Assembly (NCBI GenBank): GCA_963788285.1
Contig: CAWBGB010000009.1
Span: 5,375-69,374 of the forward strand
Length of the DNA stretch: 64,000 nt
DNA from: an uncultured Alicyclobacillaceae bacterium
GTDB taxonomy: Bacteria; Bacillota; Bacilli; Alicyclobacillales; Alicyclobacillaceae
Direction: 5' to 3'
Position 1 is the stretch's first letter. Every line of letters begins with the position of its first letter. The notes under the pieces were generated by a model. The model saw only the letters and a program-made list of their open reading frames with translations, did not search any database and was not told the DNA's origin. Shown in pieces: positions 21,782 to 31,152 of the stretch. The position numbers and the translations under genes were made by a program.

Positions 21782-22240
21782 TTGGCACAAGCCTTGCCAT
21801 ACATCAATGAGGCATTCATTATACTAAGTGCGATTTCCATGGCCATCGGCTGGTACCTGATCCGCCAGCGCAGAGTGGAAGCGCATAAGCGTTTCATGCT
21901 CACCGGCTCCGTGCTCGCGGCGTTGTTCTTTATCAGTTATGTGGTGAAGACGGTCGTTTACGGGGACACCGCGTTTGGGGGGCCGGCCCAGTACAAGCTA
22001 CCGTACCAAATCTTCCTGCAAGCGCATTCCATTCTCGCGACTGTCGCTGCAGTCCTCGGAGTCATTACCCTTGTCTTTGCGTTCAAAGCGAATTTTGGAA
22101 AGCACCGGAAAATCGGGCCATGGACGGCTTCGATTTGGTTCGTCACAGCCGCTACTGGTTTGACCGTGTTCCTCATGTTGTATATCGTTTTCCCGCCCGG
22201 TCCAACGACCAACATGTTCCGCGCCTGGATTGGACACTAA
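21782..22240 (+). CDS. DUF420 family membrane protein
   Basis: LPYINEAFIILSAISMAIGWYLIRQRRVEAHKRFMLTGSVLAALFFISYVV is typical DUF420 with 4 TM helices. TTG 21782 preferred (SD GAAAGGGG 7 nt upstream). The track ORF from 21650 is probably over-extended; ATG 21734 is an alternative. Confidence 0.6.
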   Translation: MAQALPYINEAFIILSAISMAIGWYLIRQRRVEAHKRFMLTGSVLAALFFISYVVKTVVYGDTAFGGPAQYKLPYQIFLQAHSILATVAAVLGVITLVFAFKANFGKHRKIGPWTASIWFVTAATGLTVFLMLYIVFPPGPTTNMFRAWIGH

Positions 22241-22295
22241 GGAAAATCACAGAGGGGATGCCACTCATCACATGGGGCCCCTCTGTTCCCTCAAG

Positions 22296-23918
22296 TTACC
22301 AAGCGGCGATGGATCCGTCCGTGCGCGGCTCCGTTCCACCGGCAAGCACGCCCTCTCGGCTCCGCCAAATGATCTGTCCACGGCCGAAACCACCACTGTC
22401 GACGGCTATGCGAATGTCATGCCCCCTGCGTACCAGCGCAGAGACGATGTGTTCCGGAACGGATGGTTCAACTTCTATGGTCTTCCCTTCTATCCACTGC
22501 CACCGCGGCGCGTCCAAGCATGCCTGCGGATTCAGGTGAAAATCGACCGTATTCATGATGACCTGAACGTGCCCTTGCGGCTGCATGAATCCACCCATGA
22601 CGCCGAATGGCCCGACCGCCTCGCCGTCCTTAGTTAGGAACCCTGGGATGATGGTGTGGTATGTGCGCTTCCCGGGCTGCAACGAGTTGGCATCGTTTGG
22701 GTTAAGAGAGAACGTATACCCTCGGTTTTGCAATGCAATCCCTGTCCCTGGCACCACGAGACCTGAACCGAATCCCATGTAGTTGCTTTGGATGAAGGAG
22801 ACCATGTTTCCGTCTCCGTCTGCGGTCGCCAGATACACTGTACCGCCTCGCTGAGGCTTGCCTGATTCCGGTTTTATGGCCGTGTCTCCCATTCGCTGTC
22901 GGCGCTGTCTCGCGTAGTCGTCGGAAAGCAGCTCCTGGATGGACACAGACATGTGTTTCGAATCCGTAATGTACTGTTTACCATCTGCAAACGCCAACTT
23001 AATGGCTTCAATCTGCTTGTGGTAGCGGTCGGCGCTGTCATACTCGACAAACGAAAACCCTTTGAGAATGTTGAGTGCCATGAGGGCGACAATCCCCTGC
23101 CCATTGGGTGGAATTTCCCAGACGTCGTAGCCTCGATAGTTGACACACACGGGCCGCACCCATTCTGGCGTGAACGCTGCCAAGTCCGCCTTGCGCAGAT
23201 ATCCGCCATATTTCCGGGAGAACGTGTCTATCTTGTCCGCCAATTCTCCACGGTAGAACGCCTCCGCCCGGCTTTCGGCAATGGCGCGGAGCGTGTCCGC
23301 GTGTCCTTTGGATCTCCACATTTGTCCAGCAGCAGGTGCCTTTCCGCCAGGCGCAAACGTATCAAACCAGTGGGCGTACATCTGACCTCGCAACTGCGTG
23401 GTGAAGATACGCACAGCATTCGCCCAAGACTTCGCTAGTACAGGGGATAGTGGATAACCGTCTTCCGCGTATCGGATGGCTGGTTCCAGCACTGTGGTGA
23501 GCGGCAGCTTGCCGAACTTCCTGGACAACTCGGCCCAAGCCGCAGGCGCCCCAGGAACGGTGACCGGAGCCCAGCCAAAGCGGGGCATCTCGCTGATGCC
23601 CGCTTGTCGCAATGCGTCAATGGACAATGCCTGTGGCGCCGGCCCACTCGCGTTGAGACCGTGCAATTGGCCGTGGGTCCAGACCAGCGCAAAAGCATCA
23701 CCACCGATACCGTTGGATGTCGGCTCCACCACCGTCAGCGCAGCTGCCGTGGCAATCGCAGCGTCTACCGCGTTGCCACCTTGCTTCAGAATATCCAGAC
23801 CTACCTGTGCAGCCAGTGGTTGTGACGTGGCAACCATGCCATTTCGCGCGTAGACAGTCATTCTGCGGGAAGGAAAAGGATGGTATAAGTCGTCGTACAT
23901 GCGTGGCAACCGAAGCAT
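22296..23918 (-). CDS. ggt: gamma-glutamyltransferase, cytoplasmic YwrD-like (no signal peptide)
   Basis: GMVATSQPLAAQVGLDILKQGGNAVDAAIA, catalytic GGTVYLATAD Thr nucleophile, GGFMQPQGHVQV. The start is uncertain (ATG 23918, 23900 or 24032). Confidence 0.85.
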   Translation of the reverse strand: MLRLPRMYDDLYHPFPSRRMTVYARNGMVATSQPLAAQVGLDILKQGGNAVDAAIATAAALTVVEPTSNGIGGDAFALVWTHGQLHGLNASGPAPQALSIDALRQAGISEMPRFGWAPVTVPGAPAAWAELSRKFGKLPLTTVLEPAIRYAEDGYPLSPVLAKSWANAVRIFTTQLRGQMYAHWFDTFAPGGKAPAAGQMWRSKGHADTLRAIAESRAEAFYRGELADKIDTFSRKYGGYLRKADLAAFTPEWVRPVCVNYRGYDVWEIPPNGQGIVALMALNILKGFSFVEYDSADRYHKQIEAIKLAFADGKQYITDSKHMSVSIQELLSDDYARQRRQRMGDTAIKPESGKPQRGGTVYLATADGDGNMVSFIQSNYMGFGSGLVVPGTGIALQNRGYTFSLNPNDANSLQPGKRTYHTIIPGFLTKDGEAVGPFGVMGGFMQPQGHVQVIMNTVDFHLNPQACLDAPRWQWIEGKTIEVEPSVPEHIVSALVRRGHDIRIAVDSGGFGRGQIIWRSREGVLAGGTEPRTDGSIAAW

Positions 23919-24170
23919 CCCCTCTTCTTTGATTGAACGATGGAATGGGTGTCCACCTACGTCTTGTGACGAGTATATCACCGGTGCAGGCTGTGCTGGC
24001 CACAGAAAATTCTGTTGTGCAATCGTGGACATTCAACAGGATTTTCTTGGAATAAGCGAAAAGTACATATACACACAGAGACCGCGAACAGCGTGAACAT
24101 CCTGGCGCTCGTGTGATTCGCGCACGTTCTAACAAACTCCACATTTCTGATCGGGGGCGTCGTCCCGCGG

Positions 24171-24978
24171 GTGCTTGTGGCTCCGGTGACCGTTGTCCTC
24201 GTGGGTCGCTGGCCGAAGCGCCGTATCATGATGATCAGGGACATGGTTCGGTGCATCGTTGTGGCCTGGCAGCATCGGTCTTCACGCACACAGCCAATAT
24301 CCCCCGTCCTTGTCGTCTTTAGCATTGTGATGTCGTTATTCAGTACAGCCCGCATGCCGGGGCAAAGCGTGCTGCAACGGCACATCGTGGATGAGGGTCA
24401 ACTGTTGCAGGCCAACTTCCTGCTGCAGTCCTCTCTGAACATCTCACAGATGGCTCGTAGCCAACGTTTTGCACAGAGGTCCGGACGTCGAGGGTCTGCT
24501 TTGCGCCGTCATGGCGGTGGGCGAACTGGTCGGAAGTCTGCTGCTCTCCTTCGTCATAGCCAAGTTTAGACGAGAGCTCCTGTTAGTCAACATGGTCATC
24601 GCAGCACTGTGCTTGGCTGCCGTGTTTTTCTTCATTGCCGGATTCTGCATGAGTATGGTCAACGTGGTGTTCTTCACGAGCATTCAGGAGGCGGTTCCGC
24701 GCAAAGTTTGGGAGCCGTGTTCAGCATGCTGGGTTCCGTGTTTGGGGGGTCACACCAGTGGTCAACTGGTCATTGGCACTATCGCCGTGGCGCTGCCCGT
24801 CGGTGGTGTCATTACAATCATCGGCATCTGGGCGGCAATTGCAAGCTGCGGATTCCTGCTCACATCCTGCGGTCAAACAGCCGATGACTTCTGGAACCCA
24901 ATCGGCAGACATGTCCTAATGGACTTTGCCCTTAACAAAGCCCGGCGAATGGTCATGTCGCCGGGCTTTTCATATTGA
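24171..24978 (+). pseudogene. MFS transporter remnant (MFS_3/EntS-like), 5'-truncated and frameshifted
   Basis: Fragments in three frames: GRWPKRRIMMIRDMVRCIVVA...LLQANFLLQSSLNISQM; GELVGSLLLSFVIAKFRRELLL...FFTSIQEAVPRKVW; AVFSMLGSVFGG... . About 90 N-terminal codons, including the first TM helices, have no room upstream. Confidence 0.6.
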
Positions 24979-25039
24979 AGAAAGAGAAGAACGCGCCGCG
25001 AAAGTAGACACGGCGTGATAGGTACGGGGCGCAATCGGC

Positions 25040-25672
25040 CTATTGCCGGACCCTGGCAATCGCAAACCCATCGTGTACCGGCAGCAGAGTGGCCTCTAAA
25101 CGAAGGTCTGTCTGTAAGCGGAGATTAAATTCTCGCATGGCAGACGGACCTGGATGGGGATTTTCGGGATCTAACACCCTGTCCCCCAGTAACACGTTGT
25201 CCGCCACAATCAGCGCCCCGGGGTTCGCCAATCGAATGGCGTAATCCAGATACGTCGGATAGTTTGGCTTATCCGCGTCAATAAAGAACAGATCAAACTT
25301 CGCGCCTTCTCTCACCAGTTGCTCCAGGCTTTCTGCAGCCGGCCCCACGCGGTACTCCACTTTGTCTCCCAATCCGGCATCCACAAGATTACTGCGGGCG
25401 AATTCTGCAAACGTTTCGTTTAATTCCAGAGAAATCAGTTTTCCACCACTACCGAGGCCCCGAGCCAAACAGATGCCACTATAACCCCCAAGCGCTCCAA
25501 TCTCCAACACAGACGTAGCACCTTGAATTTTCACCAACAATGTGAGCAACTTACCAAGCTCTGGCGCCACAGAAATGGAAGGCATGTCGCGCTCCACGAT
25601 CTTGCGCCGTACCGCCCGTAACACTTCATCTTCTTGAATAAAGTTCAGAACATACTCTTCCCGTGTCGTCAT
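25040..25672 (-). CDS. class I SAM-dependent O-methyltransferase (caffeoyl-CoA OMT/YrrM-like)
   Basis: 210 aa. VLEIGALGGYSGICLA SAM motif, FDLFFIDADKPNYPTY, ALIVADNVL. Confidence 0.8.
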   Translation of the reverse strand: MTTREEYVLNFIQEDEVLRAVRRKIVERDMPSISVAPELGKLLTLLVKIQGATSVLEIGALGGYSGICLARGLGSGGKLISLELNETFAEFARSNLVDAGLGDKVEYRVGPAAESLEQLVREGAKFDLFFIDADKPNYPTYLDYAIRLANPGALIVADNVLLGDRVLDPENPHPGPSAMREFNLRLQTDLRLEATLLPVHDGFAIARVRQ

Positions 25673-25868
25673 CTACTCACCTTCACTCTCCATTGTGTAC
25701 CCGTTTCACCTCAAACCGCCGAAGGTTACCTGCAGTATATCACCACCGTGTCCATCCGTAGATAGTGGACGCGCCACAGACACGGAGGAATGAACAATCA
25801 AGCAGGGAATTGAATACATCAGGAGAACCGCTGCAACGTCCGCACTTTTTCGGAAAGGGTGACTCTTC

Positions 25869-27026
25869 TTGTTTACCTACCACATGGATACGCACATCGA
25901 ATTTGGCACGGGAAAGGTTTGTGAACTAGTCGACATTTTGAGACGCCACGATATCTCACCCAAGTTGCTGGTGGTGAGCGATCCAGGCGTTGTCCACGCG
26001 GGCCTGGTTCAGCCCATCCTCGATGACCTGTCCACTGGAGGCTACGCCTGTTCGCTGTTCACTGATGTACAACCCAATCCGCGAGACGAAGACTGCATGC
26101 TCGGAGCACGCCTGTTCGCAACAACTGGGGCTGCAGCCGTTTTGGCCATCGGCGGCGGGAGCGCTATGGACACCGCTAAAGCGATTGCCCTTCTGGCAGC
26201 ATCGGGTGGAACTCCCGCACAATACGCCGATGGGCATCTCCCCTATGCCGCTGTCCACCCCGTGGTGTGCATTCCCACCACCGCAGGTACAGGTTCAGAA
26301 GTGACCCGCTCTGCCGTCATCACAGAATCGAGCACCCACCGCAAAATGACCCTCAAACACGCCCGTCTTCGTCCACGGCTCGCGGTTCTCGATCCCCAAC
26401 TAACCCTGACAGTTCCTCCTTCTGTGACGGCAGCTACCGGCGTCGACGCCCTGGTACACGCGATTGAAGGGTATACCTGCACAGTATCCACCCCCATCTC
26501 GAAGGCGTTCGGGCAGGCTGCCATGCCAAAGATTGTGGCTGCGCTACCCACAGCTGTGTCGGATGGAAAAAACCTTCATGCACGAGAAGACATGCTGCTA
26601 GGTAGCCTGCTCGCGGGATTGTGTTTCGGAAACGCCGACGTCGCCGCAGTCCACTGCCTGGCAGAAGCACTCGGCGGGTTGTACGATACCCCTCACGGTG
26701 TCGCCAATGCGGTCTTCTTGCCGTATGTATTGCGGTATAACGCAGAAGGAGAACCCCGGTTGCACGCAAAGTTGGCGCGTCTCATGAAATTTGCCACCGA
26801 GGAGGATTCCGACGAGGAAGCGGTGGTCAAACTGGTGGATGGCGTTACGAGTTGGACGAGGGGACTCGGCATTCCCACTCTGCGCGAGCTCAAAGGCGTT
26901 CGCCGGGAGGATTTCGACCGGCTCGTAGAGTTGGCTTTCGCCAACGGATCCACCCCAAGCAACGTCCGTCCCATCGGGAAATCCGAATATCGAACCATCC
27001 TGGAGGACGCCTGGAACGACGAGTGA
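25869..27026 (+). CDS. iron-containing (group III) alcohol dehydrogenase
   Basis: 385 aa. GGGSAMDTAKAIA, TTAGTGSEVT, metal His motifs (DALVHAIEGY, HCLAEALGGLYDTPHGVANA). TTG start with SD AAAGGGTG. Confidence 0.85.
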   Translation: MFTYHMDTHIEFGTGKVCELVDILRRHDISPKLLVVSDPGVVHAGLVQPILDDLSTGGYACSLFTDVQPNPRDEDCMLGARLFATTGAAAVLAIGGGSAMDTAKAIALLAASGGTPAQYADGHLPYAAVHPVVCIPTTAGTGSEVTRSAVITESSTHRKMTLKHARLRPRLAVLDPQLTLTVPPSVTAATGVDALVHAIEGYTCTVSTPISKAFGQAAMPKIVAALPTAVSDGKNLHAREDMLLGSLLAGLCFGNADVAAVHCLAEALGGLYDTPHGVANAVFLPYVLRYNAEGEPRLHAKLARLMKFATEEDSDEEAVVKLVDGVTSWTRGLGIPTLRELKGVRREDFDRLVELAFANGSTPSNVRPIGKSEYRTILEDAWNDE

Positions 27027-27103
27027 GGTTTCGAGCCCATCGATTGGGGCTGGCCCGCAGCGATGTTGATCACCTTGAGACAGCCCCATTTGCAATGCTC
27101 TTC

Positions 27104-28282
27104 TTATCGCTGATAGACGGGCCGGCCTTCTACCCAAGTGCGGACCACGGAAAAGGATTCGTCCAACAGCACCAAATCGGCGTCCATGCCTACTTGAATA
27201 GCGCCTTTTTTGTCCGCCAGGCCGAGTTCCCGCGCTGGGTTTGCACTCGCCATGCGAACCGCGTCCGGAAGCGTGACGCCCACCTTTTGGACCATGTTGC
27301 GAACCGCCACATCCATGGTCAGCGTACTCCCGGCAATGTTGTGACCGTCTGTGAGGAAAGCTTTTCCGTTTTCGACAGTGACATCAAGCCCGCCGAGCGT
27401 GTAATGTCCGTCTGGGCGTCCAGCGGCGGCCATGGCATCTGTAATTAGGCAGACCCGTTCGGTGCCTTTCATTTTTAGCACCAGCTGGACAATTTCAGGC
27501 TCCAGGTGAATCAGGTCGACAATCAACTCCACGGTGACGTCATCTGACATCAACGAAGCACCGAGCACACCGGCTTCCCGATGGTGAAGTCCACGCATCC
27601 CGTTAAACAGGTGCGTTGCGTGGCAGTGCCCAAGTGCAATTGCGGCATTGGCCTCGGCCAATGTGGCGTCCGTATGGCCGAGAGACGGGGTGATGCCGCG
27701 ACGCTGCATCCACTCTATGACCTCGAGCGCGCCAGGCACCTCTGGCGCGATGGTCATTTTGCGAATCAAGTCTTCAGCTCCACCCGTCATTTGTTGAAAC
27801 GACGCGATAGACGGTTCAGTCACAAACGCTGGGTTCTGCGCACCGATGCGTTTGATGGAGAGAAACGGTCCTTCCAGGTGAACGCCGAGCGCTTTGGCCC
27901 CCGTGGGAACATCCTTTTGGAACGAGTCGACCGCCCGAACGGCTTTGGCAATGCGGTCGATGGGGGCCGTGAGTGTGGTCGGCAGCCAGCCTGTCGTACC
28001 GTGTGCAGCGTGAAATTGCGCAATGGTTTGCAGAGCGCGAACGGTGCCATCCATCACTTCGGCGCCGTCACCGCCGTGGATATGGATATCGATGAAACCT
28101 GGCAATAGCCACTGCCCGAGGCCGTCAATATACTCTACATCTGTGGACTGTGTTTGCACCGCTGACGGCACTTCACCCAGCCCAATTTCCTGGATTATGC
28201 CACCTGCAACTTTCATCCAGACCGCTTCCTGGATCCCGTCGGCGTTCACAACCCGGACGTTGCCGAGGTAAAACTCGTTCAT
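27104..28282 (-). CDS. nagA: N-acetylglucosamine-6-phosphate deacetylase
   Basis: LPGFIDIHIHGGDG, HLEGPFLS, TIAPE, GHTDAT, HLFNGM, ITDAMAAAG motifs. Start at ATG 28282 (MNEFYLGNVRVV). The 45 upstream codons of the track ORF are the tail of an EIIA remnant. Confidence 0.85.
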   Translation of the reverse strand: MNEFYLGNVRVVNADGIQEAVWMKVAGGIIQEIGLGEVPSAVQTQSTDVEYIDGLGQWLLPGFIDIHIHGGDGAEVMDGTVRALQTIAQFHAAHGTTGWLPTTLTAPIDRIAKAVRAVDSFQKDVPTGAKALGVHLEGPFLSIKRIGAQNPAFVTEPSIASFQQMTGGAEDLIRKMTIAPEVPGALEVIEWMQRRGITPSLGHTDATLAEANAAIALGHCHATHLFNGMRGLHHREAGVLGASLMSDDVTVELIVDLIHLEPEIVQLVLKMKGTERVCLITDAMAAAGRPDGHYTLGGLDVTVENGKAFLTDGHNIAGSTLTMDVAVRNMVQKVGVTLPDAVRMASANPARELGLADKKGAIQVGMDADLVLLDESFSVVRTWVEGRPVYQR

Positions 28283-28696
28283 CTTCCCCACCGCACTTTC
28301 TACTCGCGCTTGACCTTCACCTTGAACAGCCAGTCCTCGCCAGCTTTCACATGAGGCTGTTCGGTGATCAAACTCCTCAATCCGCGCCATGTTGGTTACG
28401 ACCACCGGTGTCACCACGGATGTCGCCGTCGTTCCAGGGTCTCCAGGTCCATTCGAATCAGCGGGGTCCCAGTTGTTACGCGCTGACCCTGTTCTGCCAA
28501 TTTTTCAAACCCTTGACCGTTAAGTTCGACGGTGTCCATGCCAATATGGATCAGAATTTCGATTCCCTGGCCTGGCAAGGACAGTGAGCCACGCTTGCTC
28601 GTCGGTTTGCCTTGCCGATCTGCGGTTCAAAATGCCAGGTTTACACCTTCTCCACCAGACCTACAACGAGGTCAAATTGTGCGTTTCGCACGAGGT
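28283..28696 (-). pseudogene. PTS EIIA(Glc)-domain (crr-like) remnant
   Basis: Minus-strand fragments in three frames: PQIGKANRRASVAH; KPTSKRGSLSLPGQGIEILIHIGMDTVELNGQGFEKLAEQGQRVTTGTPLIRMDLETLE; VTPVVVTNMARIEEF. These match the EIIA(Glc) core (...PTKHA...EILIHIGIDTV.L.G.GF...G..V..G..L...D) and its C-terminus. There are in-frame stops, and only ~138 codons of space. Confidence 0.55.
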
Positions 28697-30439
28697 TCAG
28701 CGCTGGCGCAGATACGTGCATACTTCTTCTGGACTGCTCAACTTCACCACTTCGTCGGCAAGTCGAGCCGCTGCGGCTCGTTCGGTGCCCTTAACTTTGC
28801 CCTTCACCGACGGGATGAAGGACGCGGACATGGACAGTTCCTGAAGACCAAGTCCCACGAGCAGTTCCGTGAATTCCGGATCTCCTGCGAACTCCCCACA
28901 CATCCCGACGGGAATTCCTGCGGCCTCGGCAGCCTTGCAGGTTTGGTGAATGAGGCGGAGTACTGCGGGGTGGGTCGGATGGTACAGATTGGCCACGGCA
29001 GCATTCCCACGGTCGGCAGCCAGCGTATATTGCGTCAAGTCGTTGGTACCGATGCTGAAGAAATCCGCCTCTTTGGCCAGGATGTCTGCTGTGACCGCAG
29101 CTGCTGGCGTTTCCACCATGATGCCGACTGGAATGTGCTCAGCCATAGCGTACCCTTCATTCGCCAATTGCTGACGGCACTCCTCCAAGTGCTTCCGTGC
29201 AGACCGCAGTTCATCCAACGTCTCGACCATGGGGAACATAATCCACAACGTACCGTGTGCACTGGCGCGAAGTAACGCGCGCAGCTGCGTGTGAAAGACT
29301 TCCACTTCTTGCAAGCAGTATCGGATGGCCCGCAGGCCAAGGAACGGATTTTCTTCACTTGGCAGCGCAGCGTAAGGCAGAGCCTTGTCACCGCCGATGT
29401 CGAGCGTCCGAATCACCACTGGTCGAGTCCCGAACGCCTCCAGGGCCTTGCGATAGACCTCGTACTGTTCCTCTTCCGTCGGCCAGTGGTCATTCTCCAA
29501 GTAGAGAAATTCGGTACGGAACAACCCAACGCCGTCTGCCCCATTGGCGAGGGCCGCGTCAAGGTCCTGCAGGCCGCCGATGTTCGCAAATACGTCAATC
29601 CGCACACCGTCGGTCGTTTCTACAGGTTGCTGCGCTGCCTCACGAGCGCGCCGCAGTTCTTCCCCTCTGAGGGCCGCTGCATCCATGGCCGCCTGAACAT
29701 CCTCGTCCAGGGGATGAACGACCACTGTTCCAGCATCACCGTTCACGATTACATTCTCATCTTCAGAAATCGCATGGATGGCATCACCCAACCCATACAC
29801 AGCAGGCAATCCAAGGGTGCGCGCCATGATGGCGGTGTGTGCGGTCTTGCTGCCCTTGGCGGTGATCAGACCGACCACATTTTTGGGCAACGCGGACAAA
29901 TCGGAAGGCATCAGCTCGTCCGCGACGAGAATGGTGTGAGTGGCCCTTCCAGAGACATCTTCCTGACCTGTTTCTCCTCCCATCAGACATTGCACCAGAC
30001 GTCGACCGACGTCGCGGATGTCGTCCGCCCTCGCTTGCAGGTACTCGCTGGGCAGTGACGCCAACATCTCTCGGGTCTGGTCTGTGACGTCCTGACAGGC
30101 AGCTTCCGCGTTGAGTCGTTCAGATTGAATCTTCCGCTCAATCTCGCCCACGTACGCGGGATCTTCCAGGAAGGACAGGTGCGCATCAAACACCTTGGCC
30201 TCTTCTTTGCCGATGTCGCGTTCCACCGATGCACGTACCTGTTCAATTTGCCGCTTCGTTTCAAGAACCGCCGCCTTAAAGCGATCCACTTCAGCAGTGA
30301 CCGCGCTACTATCAATCTCACGTCGTTCGATTACCGCGGCAGTCTCTTTGCGCATCCACATCGGTACACCAGCTGCTAGCCCCGGGGAAACGCCGATACC
30401 TTGCAACGTTACCGGAGCTGTTCTGATATGTTGACCCAT
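28697..30439 (-). CDS. ptsI: phosphoenolpyruvate-protein phosphotransferase (PTS enzyme I)
   Basis: 580 aa. GSKTAHTAIMARTLGLP (active-site His), GLFRTEFLY, IRTLDIGGDK, FFSIGTNDLTQY, GMCGE. Confidence 0.95.
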   Translation of the reverse strand: MGQHIRTAPVTLQGIGVSPGLAAGVPMWMRKETAAVIERREIDSSAVTAEVDRFKAAVLETKRQIEQVRASVERDIGKEEAKVFDAHLSFLEDPAYVGEIERKIQSERLNAEAACQDVTDQTREMLASLPSEYLQARADDIRDVGRRLVQCLMGGETGQEDVSGRATHTILVADELMPSDLSALPKNVVGLITAKGSKTAHTAIMARTLGLPAVYGLGDAIHAISEDENVIVNGDAGTVVVHPLDEDVQAAMDAAALRGEELRRAREAAQQPVETTDGVRIDVFANIGGLQDLDAALANGADGVGLFRTEFLYLENDHWPTEEEQYEVYRKALEAFGTRPVVIRTLDIGGDKALPYAALPSEENPFLGLRAIRYCLQEVEVFHTQLRALLRASAHGTLWIMFPMVETLDELRSARKHLEECRQQLANEGYAMAEHIPVGIMVETPAAAVTADILAKEADFFSIGTNDLTQYTLAADRGNAAVANLYHPTHPAVLRLIHQTCKAAEAAGIPVGMCGEFAGDPEFTELLVGLGLQELSMSASFIPSVKGKVKGTERAAAARLADEVVKLSSPEEVCTYLRQR

Positions 30440-30544
30440 TCTATATCCCTCGTTTCTACTTCGTACACTTCAAGAGGTTGTCCGAAAAAGTTCTAAGCTC
30501 TGATTGCGCAACCCCTTTCAGACACGCGCTACCAGTGATCATGT

Positions 30545-30811
30545 CTACGCTTCACCGAGACCGCTCTCAATCAACTGGGTGATGGCTTCCAATGCTTCTG
30601 TCTCACCTTGCCCATCGGTCTTAATGGTAATGGTGTCTCCATACGCCACAGCCAGCGACATGATGCCGAGGATACTCTTCGCGTCTACTTCCTTGTCCCC
30701 TTTGCGCACCCACACGTTGCACGGATGCTTGCCTGCTTCCTGTACCAGCAACGCCGCCGGTCGCGCGTGAAGTCCGCTCTTGTTCTGAATGGTGATGCTC
30801 TTTTCTACCAT
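30545..30811 (-). CDS. ptsH: phosphocarrier protein HPr
   Basis: 88 aa. GLHARPA (His15) and KSILGIMSL (Ser46). SD GGAGGTTGGAG. Confidence 0.95.
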   Translation of the reverse strand: MVEKSITIQNKSGLHARPAALLVQEAGKHPCNVWVRKGDKEVDAKSILGIMSLAVAYGDTITIKTDGQGETEALEAITQLIESGLGEA

Positions 30812-31048
30812 GAATACTCCAACCTCCGTCTTTCAAGCCAACTTGTTTGCTTGCAACCCAAATCTACATATCGGTTTATGTCTCACGATGAACCGATGTT
30901 GCCCATGCGCCGATACGCATAGCGAACGCCGCGAAGGGCGATGGATGCGGCCAGGCCACACCCATGTGATGATAAGCATGTCCGCGTCTTGAACCACCCC
31001 TGGGGGCTCCGACGAGGGTGCAAGCGCTTCCGTCACCGTCGTGAAACC

Positions 31049-31123
31049 ATAAAAAGGCAGACACGAGCCCTATTAAGCTCATGCCTGCCCGGTGCCAACA
31101 CGGTCAACACGGTAGTAACACGC
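31049..31123 (-). promoter_or_regulatory. GlcT-type RAT element overlapping an intrinsic terminator (antitermination switch)
   Basis: Minus strand GCGTGTTACT...CAGGCATGAG (31078-31123) resembles the B. subtilis ptsG RAT (CGTGTTACTGATTCGATCAGGCATGAG). Its 3' half is the 5' arm of the 13-bp terminator GGCAGGCATGAGC-ttaatagg-GCTCGTGTCTGCC, followed by TTTTTAT. Confidence 0.65.
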
Positions 31124-31152
31124 TTATCACGTATGTTATACCACTTCCGCTG

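Noticed and set aside
30812-31048. Looked for a ptsG (EIICB) remnant in the 240-nt gap between the RAT/terminator and ptsH
   Set aside because: Translations in all three minus-strand frames gave no recognisable EIIC or EIIB motif, so it is left as an untranslated leader.
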